From: an uncultured Bacteroidota bacterium
Lineage (GTDB): Bacteria > Bacteroidota > Bacteroidia > Bacteroidales > DTGW01
Length of the DNA stretch: 64,000 nucleotides
Assembly: GCA_963701015.1 (NCBI GenBank)
Contig: OY969556.1
Coordinates: 3,628,424 to 3,692,423 of the forward strand
Reading direction: 5' to 3'
The first letter of the stretch is position 1, and every line of letters begins with the position of its first letter. Below the pieces are notes generated by a model. That model was not told the origin of the DNA. It saw only the letters and a program-made list of their open reading frames with translations, and searched no databases. Shown one piece after another: positions 26,995-37,500 of the stretch. Both the position numbers and the translations under genes were made by a program.

Positions 26995-27209
26995 GCGTGT
27001 GTTTATTCAAATTTATTTTCCATAAAATTAAATTGTAATGCAACTTTAATCAAGTTTTTAATTTGAAAAATTAAACTTATTTAACAACAATTTGTTTTAT
27101 TGCAAACTAAATTCCACGAAAACAAGGATTCAATTCTCATTTGTCATTTGGTAATTTTACAATAAAGATTAGCAACTCTTAATATCCAAAATTTAAAATT
27201 ATTAAAATT

Positions 27210-28247
27210 ATGAAAAAATTACTTTTTACCCTCGTTACTTGCATTGGTTTGTTTACAACAATAAATGCAAAAGTTTACACTGTTAGCAATAACTCTAATG
27301 CGCCTGCACAATATAGCGATATTACTCCCGCTATAACTGCAGCATCTTCTGGTGATACAATTTATATCCAAGGCTCTCCAAATACTTACAGTACTACAAC
27401 TTATATTGTAAATAAAAAACTCACTTTAATAGGAGCTGGATATGATGTTAACAATACTGATTTTAAATATACTACGAATATTAATTATCTCAATTTTGAT
27501 TCTGCAGCAATCGTTTCTGCTGGCGGAGTTAGTGGCGCAAAATTAATAGGTTTAAATTTATATAGTATTAGTTTTGGCACAAACCATGTTAATAATGTTA
27601 CCATTGACAGATGTTATGTACAATCTATTACAGTGGGTGGCAATAACTGGATTATTAAAGACAGTTATATTACTTCTACGATAAGTGGATATTATGTTGC
27701 CACTAACTTAACCGTAACCAATAATATTTTTGTAGGTGGGTATTTAGTTAATATGAACTTAAATTCAATTTATGTAACGAATAATCTTTTTCTTAATAAT
27801 TCAAATTATGATTTAACTTCTTCAAGCCTTGCAAATGTTAACAATAACATATTTTATAATAATACTGCAGGTAAATGTGCAACTTGTTTGTATAATAACA
27901 ATATAGCTTACTATACCTCTGCAGTTTCATTTCCTGGTAGTGGTACTGGAAACTATGTTCAAAGTGACCCTTTGTTTGTGGTTTCTTCGCCAGCACTTCC
28001 TATCCCTGGAACAAGTATTGCATATGCATCTATTAAAAGTTATAATTGGACCTTGCAACCTTCTTCAGTAGGTCATTTACACAGCGGTGATGGAACTGAC
28101 TGTGGTATTTATGGAGGGCTATATCCATGGTCAAATTTTACAGGTCAGTCAAATATTCCTTTAGTACAATCTTTTATAATTCAAAATCCTGTTGTTCAAT
28201 CGAATGGCACATTAAATATTACTGTTAAGGCAAAGAAAATGCAATAA
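27210..28247 (+). CDS. Secreted parallel beta-helix repeat protein
   Basis: 345 aa with a signal peptide. Asn-rich repeats of about 22 residues (VTNNIFVGG, VTNNLFLNN, VNNNIFYNN, YNNNIAYY) are typical of right-handed beta-helices. Confidence 0.5.
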   Translation: MKKLLFTLVTCIGLFTTINAKVYTVSNNSNAPAQYSDITPAITAASSGDTIYIQGSPNTYSTTTYIVNKKLTLIGAGYDVNNTDFKYTTNINYLNFDSAAIVSAGGVSGAKLIGLNLYSISFGTNHVNNVTIDRCYVQSITVGGNNWIIKDSYITSTISGYYVATNLTVTNNIFVGGYLVNMNLNSIYVTNNLFLNNSNYDLTSSSLANVNNNIFYNNTAGKCATCLYNNNIAYYTSAVSFPGSGTGNYVQSDPLFVVSSPALPIPGTSIAYASIKSYNWTLQPSSVGHLHSGDGTDCGIYGGLYPWSNFTGQSNIPLVQSFIIQNPVVQSNGTLNITVKAKKMQ

Positions 28248-28270
28248 TATAACCCCAAATAACTAAAAAT

Positions 28271-31200
28271 ATGAAAAAAATTGTAAGGCTAAGAACCTAT
28301 ATATTGTTCGCCTTGCTGGGGTTATCGACATATTCTTTGGCGCAAACTTCAATAATGCATGCTGAATATTTTTTTGACACTGATCCTGGAGTTGGAAAAG
28401 GAACAGCATTAACAATTACGCCAAACGATAGTATAAATTTAAATAAAAGTATAACCCTATCAGGTCTTAGCATTGGCCCTCACGAAATTTTTATTCGGTT
28501 TCAGAATAGTGGAAATTCCTGGAGCCTTTCTGAATCGCGATGGTTTAATGTAGTTGCAACACCAACATTCCCTTCGTATCAAATTACCGGAGGTGAATAT
28601 TTCTTTGATACTGATCCTGGCGTTGGAAAAGGAACTCCTATCGTCACAGGCACTTTAGATTCAGTATCAATCAATCCAAGTATTCCAATAACATCATTAC
28701 CAGTAGGCCCGCACAATTTATTTTGCAGGTTTAAGAATTCTAATGGAACATGGGGTGATTTTGATACCAAATCATTCGTAGTAATGAGCATTTCAAATAG
28801 TACATCAGCTAAATTGAATTATGGTGAGTATTTTATTGATTCTGATCCAGGGATGGGTAAAGCCACACCAATTACCTTTGTAAAAACCGACTCTTTAAAA
28901 TCTAATTTTGCAATTAATTTAGGCACTGGTTTAACAAATGGAGTACATAATATAACAATCCGTTTAAGAGATTCTATTGGAAAATGGACTCTGGCTGAAT
29001 CGAGGTTTTTCAATGTACTTCCAGCACCTGAAAAAACTGCTCCACTTGCTTCACTTGAATTCTTTTACGATAAGGATCCAGGCGTAGGTAATGGTTTTGT
29101 GCTACAATCTTTAGGTAATAAGGATTCAATAAATATAAATGCCCAGGCTTTGGTAAATAGCAGTTTAACCAGTGGTTCCCATATAATAATGATAAGGGCA
29201 AAAGATTCAATTGGTCGCTATAGTATGGTTAATGCAAAACAATTTTACATTTGCTCGGTTTTCCCTGTTGCCAACTTTACTGCAACATATGTGAGTTTCG
29301 ACAGCACAGTTAGCTTTACAAGCCAAACTACCGGAGCAGATGCTAATACTCAATATTATTGGGATTTTAATGGTGATGGTGCAAATGATAATTCTTTCCA
29401 AAATCCTGATTATAAATATACAAATCCAGGAGTTTATAATGTAAGGTTAATTACAACAAATGGAGGCGTTTGCGGTGATACCATTATTAAAAAAGTTATA
29501 GCAACAAATGATACCTGCCATTTAACTTCAGCATTTATTTTTCAACCGAAAGTAACTTCCAACGAAGTTGATTTTCAGGATCAATCATCTGGCAGTATTG
29601 GCTCGTATTACTGGGATTTTGGGGATGGATTTACTTCTACCCAGAAGAACCCTATCCATATTTATAAATTAGCCGGAAATTATCAGGTTAGTCTCGCCAT
29701 TAAAAATGGAAGTAACTCATGTACCGACTTTTCTTCTAAGGTAATTACAGTGGGTACAAGTGGTTGCCAGGCATCGTTTACAGATATTGTAGATACTACA
29801 AAAGCCGCATTTACAAATAATTCTTTGGGTGGTAGTGATTTAAGGTACTTCTGGTTCTTTGGTGATGGAAGTTATTCATTGGATGAAAACCCTTCGCATG
29901 TGTTCGCCAATAATGCTGAATACAATGTTTCTCTTACCATTTCGAAAGCTGATGGAACATGTAGCAGTCAAACAAATAAATATATTCAAATTGGTCAGGT
30001 AAAATGTAATGCTTCATTCACCTATTTTGTCGATTCTACTTCCAATTTGGTATATTTTTCTGATCAAATAGTTGGCCCTTCAACAAATCTGTTCTGGTCA
30101 TTTGGTGATGGTAAAAATTCGGTTCAAAATAATCCTACTCATGCTTATGCTCATCCGGGCTATTATACGGTTGGGTTAAATACTTTCAATGCAAATAATT
30201 ATTGTATGGATTATTACGAACAAACAATTTTGGTTGGTAATGCTAACAATGATTGTGTAGCTGATTTCATTTACCAGGCTGATACAACTTCAGGCAAAGT
30301 CAATTTTTATGACGCTTCTAAAGGTGATATTATTGGATATATTTGGAATTTTGGTGATAGTTATGAACTAGCCCAAAAGAACCCACAATATACATATGCT
30401 CCGGCAGGATATAAAAATGTTTGCTTAACGGTTGTAAATAGTAATGCTATTACCAGCTTCAAATGTAAACCAGTTTATTCTGGCCCAAATCCGATAAGGA
30501 ATTGTAAAGCCGATTTTACTTATACTATTGATTCGGCAAGTAATCATGGATACTTTAATGACTTATCGGTTGGCTTAAGCCCAACAAGTAGTGACAATAC
30601 TTGGAATTGGGATTTAGGAAATGGTATTAAAGCAACTACTCAAAACGGTGATATAACTTATGGTTCAAGTGGATATTATATTGTGAGTTTACGTGTTTCA
30701 AATTCAATCACCGGATGTTCTTCAAAAGCCATTAAAATTGTTGGTATTGGTAATACAAACAGGCCAATTAAAGCTGGATACGGATACGACGTAAAAACTT
30801 CGGGTACAAAAGCTGATGGTTATCCGGTTGATTTCACCGGAGCAGGAGTTGGTGACCATGCCAGGTTGCGCTGGGACTTTGGTGATTCCACAAGTTCGAG
30901 TAATTCCGACACAACTACCCTTACTCCAACACATTATTTCACCTTACCTGGCACCTATAATGTTTGTCTTACAATTGAAAACCAATTGACCGGTGATTCA
31001 GATGTATACTGTGAAAATGTTTCTACAAAAGTTTCATGTACGAATGATATTACACCACCTACAGTATATTGTAAAAACATAATTATTGGATTAAATGCTG
31101 CAGGTCAGGCTAATATAACACCGCAAATGGTTGATAGCTTAAGCTATGATAATTGTAGTAGTACTATAAAGTTGTCATTGGATAAAACAACATTTACGCA

Positions 31201-31573
31201 AGCCAATCTGGGCAATAACACTGTTAAATTAACAGTCACTGATAGTTCAAACAATGTTAGTTATTGCAATGCAAATGTATTGGTAACAAAGGGAACATTT
31301 ATTGCCCAAACTGTAATTCAGGATTTCAATATTTGGCCAAATCCAACAACCGATAATACAAATATCAGATATGTATTGAGTAAATCATCTTCAATAGAAA
31401 TATCAGTTGTTGATTTGCAAGGTAAAGTTGTTGACAATATTCTTCAAGCCAATAGAAATGCAGGTGAATATACATTTGTATGGAATAGCTCAAACATTGC
31501 CAAAGGCACTTATATTATAACCTTCAAAGGAAATGATGGAGTAATTGGTCGTAAAATGCTTATAAAACAATAA
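28271..31573 (+). CDS. Giant T9SS-secreted surface protein: four 77-aa N-terminal repeats, multiple PKD-like domains, a HYR-like domain and a T9SS CTD
   Basis: 1100 aa. Repeated ...FxFGDGxxSxxxNPxHxY... PKD signatures occur about 7 times. DITPPTVYC...DNCS is HYR-like. C-terminal WPNPTTDNTNIRY...GTYIITFKGNDGVIGRKMLIKQ is a type A CTD. Confidence 0.8.
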   Translation: MKKIVRLRTYILFALLGLSTYSLAQTSIMHAEYFFDTDPGVGKGTALTITPNDSINLNKSITLSGLSIGPHEIFIRFQNSGNSWSLSESRWFNVVATPTFPSYQITGGEYFFDTDPGVGKGTPIVTGTLDSVSINPSIPITSLPVGPHNLFCRFKNSNGTWGDFDTKSFVVMSISNSTSAKLNYGEYFIDSDPGMGKATPITFVKTDSLKSNFAINLGTGLTNGVHNITIRLRDSIGKWTLAESRFFNVLPAPEKTAPLASLEFFYDKDPGVGNGFVLQSLGNKDSININAQALVNSSLTSGSHIIMIRAKDSIGRYSMVNAKQFYICSVFPVANFTATYVSFDSTVSFTSQTTGADANTQYYWDFNGDGANDNSFQNPDYKYTNPGVYNVRLITTNGGVCGDTIIKKVIATNDTCHLTSAFIFQPKVTSNEVDFQDQSSGSIGSYYWDFGDGFTSTQKNPIHIYKLAGNYQVSLAIKNGSNSCTDFSSKVITVGTSGCQASFTDIVDTTKAAFTNNSLGGSDLRYFWFFGDGSYSLDENPSHVFANNAEYNVSLTISKADGTCSSQTNKYIQIGQVKCNASFTYFVDSTSNLVYFSDQIVGPSTNLFWSFGDGKNSVQNNPTHAYAHPGYYTVGLNTFNANNYCMDYYEQTILVGNANNDCVADFIYQADTTSGKVNFYDASKGDIIGYIWNFGDSYELAQKNPQYTYAPAGYKNVCLTVVNSNAITSFKCKPVYSGPNPIRNCKADFTYTIDSASNHGYFNDLSVGLSPTSSDNTWNWDLGNGIKATTQNGDITYGSSGYYIVSLRVSNSITGCSSKAIKIVGIGNTNRPIKAGYGYDVKTSGTKADGYPVDFTGAGVGDHARLRWDFGDSTSSSNSDTTTLTPTHYFTLPGTYNVCLTIENQLTGDSDVYCENVSTKVSCTNDITPPTVYCKNIIIGLNAAGQANITPQMVDSLSYDNCSSTIKLSLDKTTFTQANLGNNTVKLTVTDSSNNVSYCNANVLVTKGTFIAQTVIQDFNIWPNPTTDNTNIRYVLSKSSSIEISVVDLQGKVVDNILQANRNAGEYTFVWNSSNIAKGTYIITFKGNDGVIGRKMLIKQ
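28355..29280 (+). repeat. Four tandem 231-nt (77-aa) coding repeats with core EYF(F/I/Y)DxDPGxGxG
   Basis: The GAA/GAG codon of the EYF core recurs at 28364, 28595, 28826 and 29057, an exact 231-nt spacing. Confidence 0.85.
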
Positions 31574-31674
31574 AGATTAATGTTATGAAGAAATATTGTA
31601 ATAAAAATTTGATGATTGGGATATGGTTTTCTCCTGGTCAGTATTAGAGTGCTAATTTTTATTGAATATTAATT

Positions 31675-31711
31675 AAAGCTGCCAGTCCAAAAGAGGAATG
31701 GCAGCTTTTTT
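31675..31711 (+). terminator. Intrinsic terminator after the adhesin gene
   Basis: AAAGCTGCCA (31675-31684) pairs with TGGCAGCTTT (31699-31708) and is followed by a T-run. Confidence 0.7.
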
Positions 31712-31874
31712 CTTGAAAAAATAATATTGATAAATAAGTTTTAACCTTGAATCACTGGATTTGAAAACATATATAATTATACTTTTCAATTTATATTCTT
31801 CATTTTCCGTATCCCATTCATCGTTTTCCGTTTTCCAGTGTTCGTTCTAAGTTTTTTATTTTAGTTTATTCCAT

Positions 31875-31882
31875 TACTTTTG
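31875..31882 (+). promoter_or_regulatory. -7 promoter box TACTTTTG for mutA
   Basis: TAnnTTTG match 25 nt upstream of the ATG at 31907. It lies inside the ORF-track N-terminal extension, which argues for the 31907 start. Confidence 0.45.
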
Positions 31883-31906
31883 CGAATTGTTTTTTCACCA
31901 TTAACT

Positions 31907-33778
31907 ATGGCTGCAATGGAAAATAATAAATTATTCAATGAATTTCCGCCTGTTTCTTCTGAAAAATGGGAAGAAATTATCCAAGAAGATCTTAAAGGCG
32001 CTGACTACAACAAGAAACTTGTATGGAAAACAAATGAAGGAATACAGGTTAAACCTTACTACCGCTCAGGCGATATTGAAAAGTTAAGCCATTTAAAATC
32101 GGTTCCTAATGAATTCCCCTATGTCCGTGGAAATTTTGAAACCGGGAACAATTGGGAAATCCGTCAGGATGTTATTGTTTATAATATTGAACAGGCTAAT
32201 GCCGATGCAATAGAAGCCTTAAATAAAGGTGCATCGTCGATATGTTTCATGTCAGTGGAAAAAATAAATACCCAGGACGATTTTTCGAAATTGCTTAAAA
32301 ATATTCATTTTGGGTGCATCAACTTTAATATCAATTCATGCAGAAATGCCCCGAAATTCTTTAATTTTTTAGTTGAAGAAACAAAAATAAAGGCTTATGA
32401 TATTGCTTTAATGAAAGGTTCTATTGGATTTAATCCGTTGGGGATACTCACAAATTCAGGAAATTGGATCAATTCAGAAGAAGAAGATTTTAAAACTGCT
32501 ATAAATTATATAGAATTTGCTGCTAAAGCTTTGCCATATTACAGGGTTTTAAATGTAAATGGAAATAATTTTCAGGAATCAGGATCGTCAATTGTCCAGG
32601 AAGTTGCATTTTCATTGGCAATGGCAAATGAATACTTGTCAAAACTTACTGAATCAGGGCTTACCGTTGATACAATTGCCGCACGGATACAATTCAATTT
32701 GGCGACTAGTAGCAATTACTTTTTCGAAATAGCTAAAATTCGTGCTTTCCGATTATTATGGGCAAAAATTGTTGAAGCTTACCATCCAAAATCTGAGCAA
32801 TCGGCCAGGACATTTATTCATAGCACCACAGCAAAATGGAATATGGCTGTATATGATGCCTATGTTAATATACTCCGCTCAACAACCGAAACAATGAGCG
32901 CAGCTATTGGCGGAGCCGATTCAATATCAGTTAAAGCATTTGATGCTGTGTATAACAAACAAAATAGTTTTTCAAACCGCATAGCGCGAAATACTCAAAT
33001 TATTTTAAAGGAAGAAGCGTACTTTGAACATATTGTTGATCCGGCAGCCGGTTCATATTATATTGAAAATCTAACAGACAGTATTGCTGCAGAAGCATGG
33101 AAGTTGTTTCAAATTGTCGAATCCAATGGTGGTTATAGCAAAAGTTTTTTAAAGGGATTAATTCAATCCGAGATTGAAAAAGTAGCACAGAAGCAATTAA
33201 ACGATTTTACAAGCCGAAAGACTACAATATTAGGCGTTAACCAATATCCTAATTTTAATGAACAAGTTTTAAAAAATATTGACAGCGAAGTGTTTGAATA
33301 TTCTCAAAATATTGCTTCAACTACTATCGCAAAACCTTTAAAGAGGTTCCGTTTGGCTGAAATATTTGAAGAAGTCCGTTTAAAAACCGAAAAAAACGGC
33401 CAAAGGCCAAAAGTGTTTATGCTTACTATTGGCAACCTGGCAATGCGTTTGGCAAGATCACAATTTTCGAGCAACTTTTTTGCTGTTGCCGGATTTGAGG
33501 TTATTGACAACAATGGTTTTAAAACCGTTGATGATGGAGTTAAAGCAGCATTTACGGCAAATGCCGATATAATTGTTTTGTGTTCAAGTGATGATGAATA
33601 TCTTGCATTTGCACCTGAAGCTTTTGAAAAAATAGGCAACAAGGCCATTTTTGTAGTTGCTGGCACTCCTGCATGTTCGGAAGACCTTAAATCGAAAGGA
33701 ATTAAAAATTTCATCAATGTGAAATCGAATATTCTTGAAACACTGAAGGAATACCAGAAATTGCTTCAAATTGTATAG
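31907..33778 (+). CDS. mutA: Methylmalonyl-CoA mutase small (beta) subunit
   Basis: About 623 aa from MAAMENNKLF. Mutase-like core ([48 protein letters not shown]) but lacks the DxHxxG B12 motif, as expected for the small subunit. Confidence 0.85.
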   Translation: MAAMENNKLFNEFPPVSSEKWEEIIQEDLKGADYNKKLVWKTNEGIQVKPYYRSGDIEKLSHLKSVPNEFPYVRGNFETGNNWEIRQDVIVYNIEQANADAIEALNKGASSICFMSVEKINTQDDFSKLLKNIHFGCINFNINSCRNAPKFFNFLVEETKIKAYDIALMKGSIGFNPLGILTNSGNWINSEEEDFKTAINYIEFAAKALPYYRVLNVNGNNFQESGSSIVQEVAFSLAMANEYLSKLTESGLTVDTIAARIQFNLATSSNYFFEIAKIRAFRLLWAKIVEAYHPKSEQSARTFIHSTTAKWNMAVYDAYVNILRSTTETMSAAIGGADSISVKAFDAVYNKQNSFSNRIARNTQIILKEEAYFEHIVDPAAGSYYIENLTDSIAAEAWKLFQIVESNGGYSKSFLKGLIQSEIEKVAQKQLNDFTSRKTTILGVNQYPNFNEQVLKNIDSEVFEYSQNIASTTIAKPLKRFRLAEIFEEVRLKTEKNGQRPKVFMLTIGNLAMRLARSQFSSNFFAVAGFEVIDNNGFKTVDDGVKAAFTANADIIVLCSSDDEYLAFAPEAFEKIGNKAIFVVAGTPACSEDLKSKGIKNFINVKSNILETLKEYQKLLQIV

Positions 33779-34199
33779 AATAAAGAACAAGGAACAAAGA
33801 TGCACAATTTTCGAAATTTACATATTTGGGATAAAGCCAGGTTAATTGTAAAAGAAAGCTATCAATTAACAGATAAATTTCCTCAAACTGAAATTTGGGG
33901 ACTTACAAATCAAATTCGAAGAGCATCTATATCAGTGTCCTCCAATATTGCAGAAGGTTCTGGTAAAAGTTCTAACAAAGATTTTACCCGTTTTCTCGAA
34001 ATAGCTATTTCTTCTTGTTTTGAATTAGAAACTCAATTTATTCTTGCATTTGATTTAGGATATATTTTGGAAACCGAAATGTCAGGCATTTGTAATTCAT
34101 TACAAGAAGAACTAAAAATGATATATAATTTTATTCAAACATTACAAATAAAAAATTAAGTGAACATTCTTTACTCTTTGTTCCTTGTTCTTTATTCTA
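33776..34199 (+). repeat. IVS-like cassette: a perfect 25-bp inverted repeat bracketing the four-helix-bundle gene
   Basis: TAGAATAAAGAACAAGGAACAAAGA (33776-33800) is the exact reverse complement of TCTTTGTTCCTTGTTCTTTATTCTA (34175-34199). Confidence 0.9.
33800..34159 (+). CDS. Four-helix-bundle protein (23S rRNA intervening-sequence protein family)
   Basis: 119 aa with LTNQIRRASISVSSNIAEG and CFELETQF hallmarks. Paralog of 9542..9910. Confidence 0.85.
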   Translation: MHNFRNLHIWDKARLIVKESYQLTDKFPQTEIWGLTNQIRRASISVSSNIAEGSGKSSNKDFTRFLEIAISSCFELETQFILAFDLGYILETEMSGICNSLQEELKMIYNFIQTLQIKN

Positions 34200-34211
34200 A
34201 CTTATTATGGT

Positions 34212-36350
34212 ATGAAACCCGATTTTTCAAAAATTGATTTTAAAAATACTAAAGTTTCGGAAAAGAAAATTGATTCCGCAACAACTTGGCAAACAGCTGA
34301 ACAAATTGCTGTTAAACCTGTATATACAGCTACCGATTTGGAAAACATGGAGCATTTAAATTATGCTGCAGGCATAGCGCCATTTTTACGTGGCCCATAT
34401 AGCACAATGTACGTCATGCGCCCATGGACAATTCGCCAATATGCAGGGTTTTCAACTGCCGAAGAAAGCAATGCCTTTTATCGCCGTAACCTGGCATCGG
34501 GACAAAAAGGTCTTTCTGTTGCATTCGACCTGGCAACACATCGTGGATACGATAGTGACCATCCGCGCGTAGTTGGAGATGTTGGAAAAGCTGGTGTTGC
34601 CATTGACAGTGTTGAAGACATGAAAATTCTTTTCGACCAAATCCCTCTCAATAAAATGTCGGTTTCAATGACAATGAATGGCGCTGTATTGCCTGTACTG
34701 GCATTTTATATTGTAGCTGCTATGGAGCAAGGTGCTAAATTAGAAGAATTAACAGGCACAATCCAAAACGATATTTTGAAAGAGTTCATGGTTCGCAACA
34801 CATACATCTATCCTCCTGAAATGAGTATGCGCATCATTGCAGATATTTTTGAATATACATCTAAGTTCATGCCTAAATTCAACAGTATAAGTATTTCAGG
34901 GTATCATATGCAGGAAGCCGGTGCAACTGCCGATATTGAACTTGCCTATACTTTAGCTGACGGTTTAGAATATCTTAGAACAGGAACAAAAGCAGGTATT
35001 AAAATTGATGACTTCGCTCCTCGCCTATCGTTCTTTTGGGCAATTGGCATGAACCACTTTATGGAAATTGCCAAAATGAGGGCTGCACGATTACTTTGGG
35101 CTAAAATCGTTAATAAATTCGAACCTAAAAACCAAAAATCACTTGCCCTGCGGACACATTCGCAAACATCGGGATGGAGTTTAACGGAACAAGATCCATT
35201 TAATAACATTGCTCGTACCTGTATTGAAGCTATGGCTGCTGCCTTAGGCCATACGCAAAGTTTGCATACCAATGCTTTAGATGAAGCTATTGCCTTGCCT
35301 ACTGATTTTTCTGCTCGTATTGCCCGTAACACACAAATATATTTGCAGGAAGAAACCAATATTTGTAAAGTAGTTGATCCATGGGCAGGTTCATATTATG
35401 TAGAAAGCCTTACACACGAATTGGTTCATAAAGCATGGAAGCTAATAGAGGAAGTTGAAGAACTAGGTGGAATGTCAAAAGCAATTGAGACCGGTTTGCC
35501 AAAAATGAGGATTGAGGAAGCAGCTGCTCGAAAACAAGGCCGCATTGATAGTGGTAGAGATACAATTGTGGGTGTCAATAAATTCCGATTGGAAAAAGAA
35601 GACCCTATTGAAACGCTCGAAGTTGATAATACTGCCGTACGTGATTCGCAAATTAAACGTTTGCAAAGAATAAAAACTGAACGAAACAACGCTGAAGTTG
35701 AAACTGCTTTAAATGCCATTACAAATGCAGCAAAATCGGGCAATGAAAATTTGCTGTCACTTTCTGTTGTAGCAGCCCAAAAACGTGCTACCTTAGGCGA
35801 AATTTCAGATGCAATTGAAAAAATTTCAGGAAGATATAAAGCCGTGATTAGAACAATTTCTGGAGTATATAGTAGCGAAAGCAAAGACGATGAAGATTTC
35901 AAAAAAGCAAAAGAATTATGCGAACAATTTGCAAAGACTGAAGGTCGTCAACCACGTATTATGATTGCCAAAATGGGACAAGATGGTCACGACCGTGGCG
36001 CAAAAGTGGTAGCAACCGGTTATGCCGATTTGGGCTTTGATGTTGACATGGGTCCGCTCTTTCAAACTCCTGCAGAGGCAGCAAAGCAAGCAGTTGAAAA
36101 CGATGTACATGTTTTAGGCGTTTCATCATTGGCTGCCGGACATAAAACATTAGTTCCACAGGTAATTGAAGAACTTCGTAATCTTGGGCGTCAGGATATT
36201 ATGGTAATTGCAGGTGGTGTTATTCCAGCTCAGGACTATGATTATTTATACAAAGCCGGAGTTGTTGCAATTTTTGGCCCGGGAACTTCCGTATCTAAAG
36301 CCGGGAGAAAAATATTGGAAATATTAATTGAAACCTCAAAAGAAGATTAA
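34212..36350 (+). CDS. mutB: Methylmalonyl-CoA mutase large (alpha) subunit
   Basis: About 712 aa from [53 protein letters not shown] and the C-terminal B12-binding motif [12 protein letters not shown] (DxHxxG). Confidence 0.95.
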   Translation: MKPDFSKIDFKNTKVSEKKIDSATTWQTAEQIAVKPVYTATDLENMEHLNYAAGIAPFLRGPYSTMYVMRPWTIRQYAGFSTAEESNAFYRRNLASGQKGLSVAFDLATHRGYDSDHPRVVGDVGKAGVAIDSVEDMKILFDQIPLNKMSVSMTMNGAVLPVLAFYIVAAMEQGAKLEELTGTIQNDILKEFMVRNTYIYPPEMSMRIIADIFEYTSKFMPKFNSISISGYHMQEAGATADIELAYTLADGLEYLRTGTKAGIKIDDFAPRLSFFWAIGMNHFMEIAKMRAARLLWAKIVNKFEPKNQKSLALRTHSQTSGWSLTEQDPFNNIARTCIEAMAAALGHTQSLHTNALDEAIALPTDFSARIARNTQIYLQEETNICKVVDPWAGSYYVESLTHELVHKAWKLIEEVEELGGMSKAIETGLPKMRIEEAAARKQGRIDSGRDTIVGVNKFRLEKEDPIETLEVDNTAVRDSQIKRLQRIKTERNNAEVETALNAITNAAKSGNENLLSLSVVAAQKRATLGEISDAIEKISGRYKAVIRTISGVYSSESKDDEDFKKAKELCEQFAKTEGRQPRIMIAKMGQDGHDRGAKVVATGYADLGFDVDMGPLFQTPAEAAKQAVENDVHVLGVSSLAAGHKTLVPQVIEELRNLGRQDIMVIAGGVIPAQDYDYLYKAGVVAIFGPGTSVSKAGRKILEILIETSKED

Positions 36351-36384
36351 AAATTAAAAAATAACCAGAACTAATCAAATTATC

Positions 36385-37485
36385 ATGAAAATTAAAGACT
36401 TTAAATTGAAATTTGAATATTCGATTTTAATCGCGTTAATATCAATTTCAGGGAAATCGAATGCACAAAGCAAAATTGTCAATTCTTCAAACCCTAACTT
36501 ATATTATGAAGGAAGGATAAAATATGATAAAGATGCCGCCGAGCTTATTTGGCCAGGATCTTCGGTAACAGTTAATTTTGAAGGTACAAGTATTTCAGCA
36601 ATTTTGAAAGATGCGGACACTGCAAGTTATTATAATATAATATTAGATGATTCTATAATTACAAAAATTCACCCTGATACTTTACAACATATCTATTTAC
36701 TTGCTTCAGCTTTATCAGATAAAAAACATAAAATAGAACTATTCAAGCTTACTGATTGGGATTTGGGCAAAACAAAATTTTATGGTTTTGAAGTACCTGA
36801 AAATACAAAAGTACTTTCTGCAAATCCATCAAGAAAAAGGAAAATAGAATTTTATGGCAACTCCATTACCTCTGGATATGCAATGGAGGATTATACCGGT
36901 CATGATTCATGGCATGGGTATTTTGAAGATAATTATTTGTCGTATGCTGCTATTACTGCAAGACATTTTAATGCACAATATCACTGCATTTCTAAAAGTG
37001 GTATAGGAATTATGGTAAGTTGGTTTCCGCTCATTATGCCAGAAATGTATGATAGATTGGATCCAACCGATTCAACTTTGATATGGGACTTCAACCGATA
37101 TACTCCGGATGTTGTAGTTGTAAATTTATTCCAGAACGATTCATGGATAGTAAAATTGCCTGAAAATGCCGAATTCAAACACCGATTTGGAACAATTGCT
37201 CCTGATTCTGAAAAAATTATTGCATCCTACAAAAATTTTATACTTCTTTTGCGTTCAAAATATCCAAAAGCAAATATTATTTGTTCGCTTGGGAGTATGG
37301 ATGCAACCCGACACGGTTCACCATGGCCCGGATATATTCAATCAGCAATTGAACAATTGAATGACAAAAAAATTTATGCTCATTTTTTCGATTATAAAAA
37401 TACCGATGGACATCCTAAAGTAGCCGAACAGGAAGTAATGGCAAAAAGTTTGATTGAATTTATTGATAAAAATATAAAGTGGTAA
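36385..37485 (+). CDS. SGNH/GDSL hydrolase with N-terminal beta-sandwich domain (CE2-like carbohydrate esterase)
   Basis: 366 aa with a signal peptide. Block I YGNSITSGY, block III NLFQNDSW, block V DGHP. Confidence 0.6.
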   Translation: MKIKDFKLKFEYSILIALISISGKSNAQSKIVNSSNPNLYYEGRIKYDKDAAELIWPGSSVTVNFEGTSISAILKDADTASYYNIILDDSIITKIHPDTLQHIYLLASALSDKKHKIELFKLTDWDLGKTKFYGFEVPENTKVLSANPSRKRKIEFYGNSITSGYAMEDYTGHDSWHGYFEDNYLSYAAITARHFNAQYHCISKSGIGIMVSWFPLIMPEMYDRLDPTDSTLIWDFNRYTPDVVVVNLFQNDSWIVKLPENAEFKHRFGTIAPDSEKIIASYKNFILLLRSKYPKANIICSLGSMDATRHGSPWPGYIQSAIEQLNDKKIYAHFFDYKNTDGHPKVAEQEVMAKSLIEFIDKNIKW

Positions 37486-37500
37486 TACCTTGTTACAGAA

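Noticed and set aside
28140-28247. T9SS C-terminal sorting domain in the beta-helix protein (tail ...FIIQNPVVQSNGTLNITVKAKKMQ)
   Set aside because: Only the first strand-like motif is present and the tail is far too short for a full ~80-aa CTD. I do not call this protein T9SS cargo.
28579-29401. Run of four ~65-aa minus-strand ORFs (28579..28791, 28819..29013, 29010..29210, 29207..29401)
   Set aside because: Their regular spacing simply mirrors the 231-nt coding repeats of the adhesin gene on the + strand. They are antisense artefacts.
31712-31906. Cobalamin riboswitch upstream of the B12-dependent mutase genes
   Set aside because: I could find no B12-box-like GCCACTG core or the conserved GC-rich helices. 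The region is AT-rich with only a promoter-like box.
31880-31906. ORF-track N-terminal extensions (mutA 31880, mutB 34185, receptor 16946, CBM9-like 55532, purN 42078, Usp 50046, PafA-like 20799, GT4 47860)
   Set aside because: The extensions use non-ATG starts or overlap promoter boxes or upstream genes. Downstream ATGs give canonical N-termini or signal peptides, so the shorter starts were adopted.
34390-36159. Chain of antisense and off-frame ORFs inside mutB (for example 34946..35359 -, 35426..35902 -, 35959..36159 -)
   Set aside because: They lie wholly within a strongly supported mutB frame, have no recognisable motifs, and show the low-complexity Ser/Ala-rich composition typical of shadow frames.
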